DNA from: Pseudodesulfovibrio mercurii | Lineage (GTDB): Bacteria; Desulfobacterota; Desulfovibrionia; Desulfovibrionales; Desulfovibrionaceae | Length of the DNA stretch: 32,000 nucleotides | NCBI RefSeq assembly: GCF_000189295.2 | Contig: NC_016803.1 | Span: 120,001-152,000 of the forward strand | Reading direction: 5' to 3' | Shown here: piece by piece, positions 23,088 to 29,774 of the stretch | Position numbering within the stretch: position 1 is the first letter of the stretch | Layout of the letters: the number at the start of each line of letters is the position of its first letter | Notes under the pieces: model-generated | What the model saw: the letters and a program-made list of their open reading frames with translations, nothing else | Told to the model about the DNA's origin: nothing | The model's database searches: none | Made by a program: the position numbers and the translations under genes

Positions 23088-25355
23088 ATGGACAGGGAAC
23101 GGAGAATCCAGGGGTTGCGCGACCGCCTGACATACATTCAGGAGATCTTCGCCAACCGCGAGGACGAGTCCATCCGGCTGCTGGCCGCCAAGTTCGGCGA
23201 GCTCCTGGAGCGCCACCGCCTGATGCCGGGCGGGGCCAAGCTTGAGGAGCTGGCGCGCATCGAGGACCTGTTCGACTTTTCCGAGCGCAAGCTCGACACC
23301 ACCCTGACCCCCATGGACAAGGTGCGCATCGTCCGCCACCCCCAGCGCATCTGCCTCAAGGACATCCTCGAGAACGTCTACGACAACTACACCGAGATCG
23401 GCGGGCGGGGCGAATACAACATCGACCCGAGCATGCTCATCGCCCGGGCCGTGTTCTCGCGTCGGGTGGGGGACAAGGTCATCAACCAGATGGTCATGGT
23501 CATCGGCCAGGAAAAGGGCCACGGCGAGGCCTTCCGCAACGGCGGCTCGGTCAAGCCGTGGGGCAACGCCAAGGCCCTGCACTACATGAAGGTGGCCGAG
23601 ACCGAGAACATCCCGGTGCACACCTTCGTGTTCACGCCGGGGGCCTATCCCGTGGAGGACTGGCCGGGCGCGGCCCAGCAGATCGCCCGCAACCTCTACG
23701 AGCTGGCCGGACTGCGCGTGCCCGTGGTGGCCGTGTTCTCCGAGGGCGGCTCGGGCGGGGCCGAGGCCATCGGCCTGGCCGACCGCCGGATCATGCTCTC
23801 CCACGGCTACTATTCGGTCATCTCGCCCGAGGGCGCGGCGGCCATCGAGGCCGGGTTGCGCGGCGGGGAACGGGCCACGCCCGAGCTCATCGAGAAGTGC
23901 GCCCGGCAGCTGCGCATCACCGCGGACGACAACCTGGCCAACGGCTACGTGGACCGCGTGCTCCGCGAGCCGCCCCTGGGGGCGAGGCCGTACCACTACG
24001 ACTTTTTCCGCGAGCTCAGGCGCGAGCTGATCCAGACCACCAACGAGGTGGTCAGCTCGGTCAAGTCCATGAAGCTCTACCGGGCCATGGCCGTGCGCAC
24101 CTCCAAGACCGACGACGCCGAGTCCATCTACATGCGCTGGACCCTGTCCAAGTCGGCCCTGGACCGGCTGGTGGAGCAGCGCCAGCGCAAGTTCCGGGCC
24201 ATGAGCCGCCATGCCCGGCTGGACGGCACCGGCGTGATCAGCCGGGCCGTGGCCGCCACCAAGGGGACCATCTGGGCCGCCCACTCCTTCCTGCGCTACG
24301 ACCTGCTCGGCCGCCAGAAGAAGCGACTCAACGCCATGTTCGAGGACCTCGGGGCCGAGGCGCACCTGGTCCGGCACAAGGTGCTCATGCCGTTGAAGAA
24401 GACCCTGGACAAGGTCCTGCCCGGCAACAACGGGGACCAGCCCAAGGTGGGCGAGGCCGTGGTGGACAGGCTGACCCGGCTCTCCTGCCCCGAGGACGGG
24501 GCCTGCCTGGTGGGCAGCGAGTGGGCCTGGACCAGCCCGCGCAGCCAGGAGGACCGGACTATCTCCTGTCCCAACGTGCGCACGCATCACTGTCCGGACC
24601 TGTGGGTGCCGGACCTGTTCGGCGACTTCGCCGGGGTCTGCCCGTCCTGCGGCCACCATTTCCCCATGGAGTACCGCTGGTACCTGGAGAACGTCTTTTC
24701 CTACAGCGAATCCAAGGAGTTCAACCAGCAGCTGGAGGCCATCAACCCCCTGGGCTACGAGAAGTTCGACACCAAGCTGGACAAGGCCAAGGAGCGCACC
24801 GGGCTCAAGTCCGCGTGCATCACCTTCGAGACCTCCATCGAGGAGGTGGACGCCGTGGTGGCCGTGCTCTGCGCGCCGTTTCGGGGCGGCTCCGTGGGCG
24901 CGGCCGAGGGCGAGAAGTTCATCCGCGCGGCCGAGCGGGCCACGCGCAAGCGCCAGCCGTTCATCGCCTACGTGCACGGCACGGCGGGCATCCGCATCCA
25001 GGAGGGCGTCAACGGCGTCATCCAGATGCCGCGCTGCACCATCGCCGTGCGCCGCTACATCGACGCGGGCGGCCTGTACCTGGTGCTCTACGACACCAAC
25101 TCCTACGCCGGGCCCGTGGCCAGCTTTCTGGGCTGCTCGCCGTACCAGTTCGCGGTGCAGTCCTCGAACATCGGCTTCGCCGGGCCGGGGGTCATCTCCG
25201 AGACCACGGGGATCGTCGTGCCGCCCAACTACCACAAGGCCTACCACGCCCTGTCGCGCGGCCACATCCACGGCATCTGGGACCGCCGGGAGGTCCGCAA
25301 GAACCTGCACCAGTCGCTCCTGACCATGGGCGGGCGCAACCTTTACTATCGCTGA
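23088..25355 (+). CDS. Fused carboxyltransferase, AccA-like N-terminal half plus AccD-like C-terminal half
   Basis: This is the last 755 codons of ORF 21735..25355, starting at the ATG at 23088, 2 nt after the accC stop. The AccA half has RHPQRICLKD, GGSVKPWGNAKALHYMKVAE, EGGSGGAEAIG and VISPEGAAAI. The AccD half has a Zn-ribbon-like CPNVRTHHCP..VCPSCGHHFPM, RGGSVGAAEGEKF and GFAGPGVI. Confidence 0.85.
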   Translation: MDRERRIQGLRDRLTYIQEIFANREDESIRLLAAKFGELLERHRLMPGGAKLEELARIEDLFDFSERKLDTTLTPMDKVRIVRHPQRICLKDILENVYDNYTEIGGRGEYNIDPSMLIARAVFSRRVGDKVINQMVMVIGQEKGHGEAFRNGGSVKPWGNAKALHYMKVAETENIPVHTFVFTPGAYPVEDWPGAAQQIARNLYELAGLRVPVVAVFSEGGSGGAEAIGLADRRIMLSHGYYSVISPEGAAAIEAGLRGGERATPELIEKCARQLRITADDNLANGYVDRVLREPPLGARPYHYDFFRELRRELIQTTNEVVSSVKSMKLYRAMAVRTSKTDDAESIYMRWTLSKSALDRLVEQRQRKFRAMSRHARLDGTGVISRAVAATKGTIWAAHSFLRYDLLGRQKKRLNAMFEDLGAEAHLVRHKVLMPLKKTLDKVLPGNNGDQPKVGEAVVDRLTRLSCPEDGACLVGSEWAWTSPRSQEDRTISCPNVRTHHCPDLWVPDLFGDFAGVCPSCGHHFPMEYRWYLENVFSYSESKEFNQQLEAINPLGYEKFDTKLDKAKERTGLKSACITFETSIEEVDAVVAVLCAPFRGGSVGAAEGEKFIRAAERATRKRQPFIAYVHGTAGIRIQEGVNGVIQMPRCTIAVRRYIDAGGLYLVLYDTNSYAGPVASFLGCSPYQFAVQSSNIGFAGPGVISETTGIVVPPNYHKAYHALSRGHIHGIWDRREVRKNLHQSLLTMGGRNLYYR

Positions 25356-25428
25356 TTTTTATGAGACACCCCCGTGCGCGCCCCGTGTTTGAAACAGACG
25401 CGAATCAGAGCGCAATAGAGGAAAAATA

Positions 25429-26079
25429 GTGCTGAATATCAAAGAATTGCTCGATAAGGTAAAGGCCTCTCCCTATCGCGAGATCGTGGTCCGCGCGCCC
25501 CATACCGGGGTGGTCTCCTTCGCGGCGGTCAAGCCCGGCGAGAAGGTCCACGGCCCGCGCGGCGAGTTCCTGGAGAAGCCCGGCACCCTGCTGGCCCACC
25601 TGACCCGCGAGAAGAACGAGAAGCCCATCCCGGCCCCGGAAAAGGGTGTCATCGAGGTCGTGCACACGCAGCACGAGGGCCGGTTCGTTGAGGCGGGCGA
25701 GCCGCTGGTGACCATCAAGCATTACCTGACCCGCAAGGAGGTCATCGAGCTCATCCTGCAGGAGGCCCTGTACCTGTTCCGCGCCCCGGAGCGGGCCAAG
25801 TACTACTTCGTCCCCGAGGTGGACCAGAAGCTCAAGGTCTCGGGCAAGCGCTCGGTCAAGGTCCAGGACGGCATGGAATTTCTCATCGTGTCTCGCATGA
25901 AGCGGGAGACGCCTCTGGCCTATTCCGGGCCCGAGGGCATCATCTACTCCGTCTACTTCGGCCGCGGCGACAACGTGGACGAGGGCGAGCCCCTCATCGG
26001 CGTCTGTCCCGAGGACCAGCTCATGGTCATCCAGGACGTGGTGGCCCGCATCCAGAGCGAGTGGGAAGAAGAGGCGTAG
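25429..26079 (+). CDS. Tandem biotinyl/lipoyl-like (hybrid barrel) domain protein, putative atypical BCCP
   Basis: 216 aa with a GTG start. There are two repeats of the BCCP-like pattern. Repeat 1 is VRAPHTGVV...LAHLTREKNEKPIPAPEKGVIEVV...VEAGEPLVTI. Repeat 2 is FLIVSRMKRETPLAYSGPEGIIYSVYF..GDNVDEGEPLIGV. It sits immediately downstream of the BC and CT genes. The canonical EAMKM motif is absent. Confidence 0.5.
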   Translation: MLNIKELLDKVKASPYREIVVRAPHTGVVSFAAVKPGEKVHGPRGEFLEKPGTLLAHLTREKNEKPIPAPEKGVIEVVHTQHEGRFVEAGEPLVTIKHYLTRKEVIELILQEALYLFRAPERAKYYFVPEVDQKLKVSGKRSVKVQDGMEFLIVSRMKRETPLAYSGPEGIIYSVYFGRGDNVDEGEPLIGVCPEDQLMVIQDVVARIQSEWEEEA

Positions 26080-26099
26080 ACAACCACCGGGAGGCGCAT

Positions 26100-26441
26100 A
26101 TGGGCAGGCTGTTGCAGATTCGGGTGTCGGCGTGGACCTACAGCGAGGACGAGGTGCGCAAGACGTGGCCGTCCCTGTGGGACCTGGCCTGGGAAGACAG
26201 CTCCGCCATCCCCAGGAAGGGCGTCATGGAGCTGGCCGACGCGATCTTCGACGCGGTCCGTGCCGGGCTCATCCCCGACGACCAGGCCAAGGCCCTGCGC
26301 GAGGATGCCGAAAAGGCGGACAAGCTGCGCCTGGCCATCGAAAAGGCCCTGGGCGACTGGCAGCCGGGCGAGGCGGACAAGCTGACCTATGCCCTGGAAG
26401 ATGTCATGGACGCCTTGGAAGACATCGCCTCCAAATTCTGA
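26100..26441 (+). CDS. Hypothetical acidic protein (113 aa), predicted helical
   Basis: Inside ORF 26061..26441. The ATG at 26100 follows GGGAGG. The sequence is MGRLLQIRVSAWTYSEDEVRKTWPSLWDLAWED...LEDVMDALEDIASKF. I recognise no family. It sits between the BCCP-like gene and ssb. Confidence 0.5.
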   Translation: MGRLLQIRVSAWTYSEDEVRKTWPSLWDLAWEDSSAIPRKGVMELADAIFDAVRAGLIPDDQAKALREDAEKADKLRLAIEKALGDWQPGEADKLTYALEDVMDALEDIASKF

Positions 26442-26486
26442 TATTGCTTTTTCCAAGACGAATCCTATCCATGTTAAGGAGTTGAA

Positions 26487-27020
26487 ATGGCTGGCAGCAT
26501 GAATAAAGTGATCATTATCGGCCGGGTCGGGCAGGACCCCAAGGTTTCCTATACCACCTCCGGCCAGGCCGTGGCCAATTTTTCCGTGGCCACGGACGAG
26601 GGATACCGCGACCGGCAGACGGGCCAGAAGGTGGAGCGCACCGAATGGCACCGCGTGGTGGCCTGGCGGCAGCAGGCCGAATTCGTGGCCAACTACATCG
26701 GCAAGGGCCGCCTGGTCCTGGTCGAGGGCAAGCTCCAGACCCGCAAGTGGCAGGGCCAGGACGGCCAGGACCGCTACACCACGGAGATCGTGGCCGACAA
26801 CATCCAGGGCCTGGACCGCATGCCCGACGGCCAGCAGCCCGCCCAGCAGGGCGGCTACCAGCAGCAGGGGGGCGGCTACCAGCAGAATCGGCCGCAGCAG
26901 AACCGTCCGCCGCAGAACAACAACGGCTACCAGCAGAACAACAACGGCTATCCGGAGGACGAGGACCTCGGTCCCGCCTTCCCGTCCGAGGCCAGCGGCA
27001 TGGACGACGTGCCGTTCTAG
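26487..27020 (+). CDS. ssb: Single-stranded DNA-binding protein
   Basis: 177 aa. The OB-fold N-terminus is MNKVIIIGRVGQDPKVSYTTSGQAVANFSVAT..TEWHRVVAW..YIGKGRLVLVEGKLQTRKW. A Gln/Gly/Asn-rich linker follows. The acidic tip is DDVPF. Confidence 0.95.
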   Translation: MAGSMNKVIIIGRVGQDPKVSYTTSGQAVANFSVATDEGYRDRQTGQKVERTEWHRVVAWRQQAEFVANYIGKGRLVLVEGKLQTRKWQGQDGQDRYTTEIVADNIQGLDRMPDGQQPAQQGGYQQQGGGYQQNRPQQNRPPQNNNGYQQNNNGYPEDEDLGPAFPSEASGMDDVPF

Positions 27021-27056
27021 GCGGCCGCCGGAACCGGTGTGCAATGCGAATTCTTC

Positions 27057-27084
27057 GAGGGCGGCCCTGCCGCCCTCTTTTTTT
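27057..27084 (+). terminator. Rho-independent terminator after ssb
   Basis: GAGGGCGGC (27057-27065), loop CCT, GCCGCCCTC (27069-27077), then TTTTTTT (27078-27084). Confidence 0.8.
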
Positions 27085-27119
27085 GCGCCTGTGCTTCGGG
27101 GGCGGGACGTTTGCAACCG

Positions 27120-27656
27120 CTAGGTATAGCAGATGATGTTTTGGAACAGGACCATGTTCGTGGTCGCCCGGTACTGGTGGGCGACGTCGGCGTGGAAGCG
27201 GTGGGCCTCGCCCTGGGCCAGGCGGTGGACTTTGCCCTCGTAGATCAGGTCGAGCACGCCCCGGAGGGTGACCACGTGCTCGATGACCCCGAAGCGGTGG
27301 GCGGTGGAGCGCTGGTGGTGCCCGTTGGTCAGGGTGACGTGGAACATCTCCATGCGCGTGGCCGCGTCGTATGGGAAGATGACCCGGATGGCCATGTCGG
27401 GATCGTTGGGGAAGGGCACCTGCCGGTAGTCCGAGCCGCCCCTGCCCGCGAAGAACGATGAAAAGGAGAGGTTCAACCCGCTGGCGATCTTCCACAGGGT
27501 GGCGATGGTCGGTGCGGACTCCCGCCGTTCGATCTGCCCGAGCATGGCCTTGGACACGCCCGTGAGCAGGGCCGCCTTGTCCAGGCTCATCTCCCGTTCC
27601 TTTCTGCACGTCTTGAGGCGGTCGGCAATGGCCGAACGGATGTCTTCCGTGGACAC
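27120..27656 (-). CDS. XRE-family transcriptional regulator with a C-terminal cupin domain
   Basis: 178 aa with a GTG start. The HTH is MSLDKAALLTGVSKAMLGQIERRESAPTIATLWKIASGLNL. The C-terminal half has the cupin pattern (HHQRSTAHRFGVIEHVVTLRGVLDL..GEAHRFHADVAHQY). Confidence 0.85.
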   Translation of the reverse strand: MSTEDIRSAIADRLKTCRKEREMSLDKAALLTGVSKAMLGQIERRESAPTIATLWKIASGLNLSFSSFFAGRGGSDYRQVPFPNDPDMAIRVIFPYDAATRMEMFHVTLTNGHHQRSTAHRFGVIEHVVTLRGVLDLIYEGKVHRLAQGEAHRFHADVAHQYRATTNMVLFQNIICYT

Positions 27657-27697
27657 GTCTTCTCCTTTGATCCGTAGTTTGCCGTTGGTTTTTTCTT

Positions 27698-27747
27698 GTG
27701 CGCTTTAACGCACGGTGCTATTTTTGATCCCGTGCGCTATCACGCAC
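27698..27747. promoter_or_regulatory. Two near-identical 16-bp inverted-repeat operators in the XRE-cupin / ybaK-like divergent promoter region
   Basis: GTGCGCTTTAACGCAC (27698-27713) and GTGCGCTATCACGCAC (27732-27747). They are 14/16 identical. Each is GTGCG-N6-CGCAC. The centres are 34 bp apart. Confidence 0.5.
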
Positions 27748-27819
27748 GATGAAAATTCATAGCAGGAGCCGACGGGCCGGGCAAGGAAAACCGGTCCGTC
27801 GGAAAAGAGGAGCACGGGC

Positions 27820-28308
27820 ATGGCGGACAAGTTGAGCAGGAGCGCGCAGAACGTCCAGGATTTCCTGTCGAAACAGGGAGACGACTTCGATGTCAGGGAG
27901 CTGGCGTCGTCCACCCGGACGGCCCGCGAGGCGGCGGACAGCATAGGGTGTTCGGTGGCGCAGATCGCCAAATCGCTGGTCTTTCGGGAGCGGGCCACGG
28001 GCGATCCGGTTCTGGTGGTGGCCTCGGGCGTCAACCGCGTGGACCCGGCCAGGGTGCGCCTGGCAACGGGCCTGGACCTGGGCCGGGCGGACGGCAATTT
28101 CGTCAAGGATCGCACAGGTTTCGCCATCGGCGGTATCCCGCCCGTTGGCCACGATGTGCCCCTGCGCACGGTGCTGGACCGGGATCTTGAACAGTATGCC
28201 GAGATATGGGCGGCCGCCGGAACGCCGCACGCGGTCTTTCGGCTGACGCCGGACAGGTTGGGCGCGCTCACGGGCGGGCAGTGGGTCGACCTGCGCGAGG
28301 AGTCGTGA
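27820..28308 (+). CDS. YbaK/EbsC/ProX-type aminoacyl-tRNA deacylase domain protein
   Basis: 162 aa. The sequence TRTAREAADSIGCSVAQIAKSLVF...VLVVASGVNRVD...GFAIGGIPPVGH...IWAAAGTPHAVF follows the YbaK/prolyl-tRNA-editing domain pattern. Confidence 0.8.
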   Translation: MADKLSRSAQNVQDFLSKQGDDFDVRELASSTRTAREAADSIGCSVAQIAKSLVFRERATGDPVLVVASGVNRVDPARVRLATGLDLGRADGNFVKDRTGFAIGGIPPVGHDVPLRTVLDRDLEQYAEIWAAAGTPHAVFRLTPDRLGALTGGQWVDLREES

Positions 28309-28689
28309 CCCTTACCGTACCGCACATTCCCCCCTTTTACAGAAGGTTATTGCCTCCCCGGTGATTCCCGTGTTGGATTTTTCTCCCGTTTGGTGCGTCT
28401 CCGCGGTGACGGTGTGTTCGAAAACGGGACAGCTAACATGATGAAAAATTTGGGCTAAATATAAGCGAGACGGTTGACCTGTTCAATCCATCGGAATAGG
28501 TTAGGCTCAACTCGGCATAATTCTGCATATGCTGATATGTCGGGTAGGAATGGGCGTGTATGGGGTCCCAGACCCATTTATTATGCTCAAAAAGACATAA
28601 AAACAGCCTGTTTGGGACAGAAACGGGCGGTGGCCGGCCCCGCGGCAACGGGGCGGCGGAACATATGTCGAGTCTTTAGTGGAGGAGCA

Positions 28690-29706
28690 ATGAAGACCGT
28701 TCCAGTTCAGGATGCCGTCGGCATGGTCCTGTGCCACGACATGACCAAAATCGTTCCCGGGGAAACCAAGGGGCCGGTTTTTCGCAAAGGACACATCATC
28801 GCGGAAGAGGACATCCGGACGTTGCTCGAGATCGGCAAGGAGCACATCTACGTCCTGGATATGGAAAAGGGCTGCATCCATGAGAACGAGGCTGCCCAAC
28901 GCATCGCCAACGCGGCCGTGGGGCCGCACATAACCCTGTCGGACGTGTCCGAGGGACGCATCAACTTCATCGCCGAACCCGGCCTGCTCGACGTCAACGT
29001 CGAGGCCCTGCACCGCATCAATTCCATCGAGGAAGTCGTCCTGGCGACCCTGCACACGGGCCAGCAGGTCACGGAGACCCGTCCCGTGGCCGGTACCCGC
29101 GTGGTTCCGCTGGTCATCGACGAGGAAAAGATCCGCCGGGTGGAGGCCATCTGCGCCGAGTACGACTACGTTGTCGGCATCCGGCCCTTCCGGCGGCTGT
29201 CCGTCGGCCTGGTGACCACGGGCAGCGAGGTCTACCACGGCCGCATCAAGGACAAGTTCGGGCCGGTCATCCGCAAGAAATTCTCCAACCTCGGGTCCGA
29301 GGTCATGGGCCAGACCCTGACCTCCGACGATCCGTCCATGACCCGCGACGCCATCCTGGCCTTCATTGCCGGCGGCGCGGAAATGGTCGTGGTCACCGGC
29401 GGCATGTCCGTGGACCCGGACGACCAGACGCCCACGGCCATCCGGGCCACCGGGGCGGACGTCGTCACCTACGGGTCGCCCACGTTTCCCGGCGTCATGT
29501 TCATGGTCGCGGACCTCAACGGCGTGCCCATCCTCGGGCTGCCGGGCTGCGTCATGTACTACCGGGCGTCCGTGTTCGACTTGATCGTCCCGCGTATTCT
29601 GGCCGGTGAGAAGGTAACCCGCGAGGACATCGTATCCCTGGGGCATGGTGGGTTTTGTGCGACCTGCGAGGTCTGTCGCTATCCCATCTGTCCCTTCGGT
29701 AAATAG
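28690..29706 (+). CDS. MoeA-like / MoCF-biosynthesis-domain molybdopterin-binding protein with a Cys-rich C-terminus
   Basis: Inside ORF 28474..29706. The ATG at 28690 follows GGAGGAG. The MoaB/Mog/MoeA-type core is VGLVTTGSEVYHGRIKDKFGP...AEMVVVTGGMSVDPDDQTP...GSPTFPGVMFMVADLNGVPILGLPG. The tail is GGFCATCEVCRYPICPFGK. It lies directly upstream of mop. Confidence 0.65.
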   Translation: MKTVPVQDAVGMVLCHDMTKIVPGETKGPVFRKGHIIAEEDIRTLLEIGKEHIYVLDMEKGCIHENEAAQRIANAAVGPHITLSDVSEGRINFIAEPGLLDVNVEALHRINSIEEVVLATLHTGQQVTETRPVAGTRVVPLVIDEEKIRRVEAICAEYDYVVGIRPFRRLSVGLVTTGSEVYHGRIKDKFGPVIRKKFSNLGSEVMGQTLTSDDPSMTRDAILAFIAGGAEMVVVTGGMSVDPDDQTPTAIRATGADVVTYGSPTFPGVMFMVADLNGVPILGLPGCVMYYRASVFDLIVPRILAGEKVTREDIVSLGHGGFCATCEVCRYPICPFGK

Positions 29707-29774
29707 ATCATGGTTCCCTGGGGGAACCCAAACCATCTGCGAGACAGTGAGAACTAATTAGGAGGAAAACTGTC

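Noticed and set aside
21735-25355. The 1206-aa ORF read as a single giant protein.
   Set aside because: Its first 451 codons are an alternative frame over the biotin carboxylase gene and are Arg/Pro/Gly-rich junk. Recognisable AccA sequence begins at the ATG at 23088, 2 nt after the accC stop.
28512-28527. Sigma-54-like element CGGCAT-AATTC-TGCA upstream of the moeA-like gene.
   Set aside because: Only 9 nt separate GG (28514-15) from GC (28525-26). The strictly conserved spacing is 10 nt. The element is also about 165 nt from the start codon.
28430-28689. Moco (molybdenum cofactor) riboswitch upstream of the moeA-like/mop genes.
   Set aside because: The genomic context is right. However, I could not find the conserved Moco-motif elements I remember: a CUCCGAGCC-like segment and a GCCUCCC-like segment pairing near the RBS. 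It needs a covariance-model scan and is not called.
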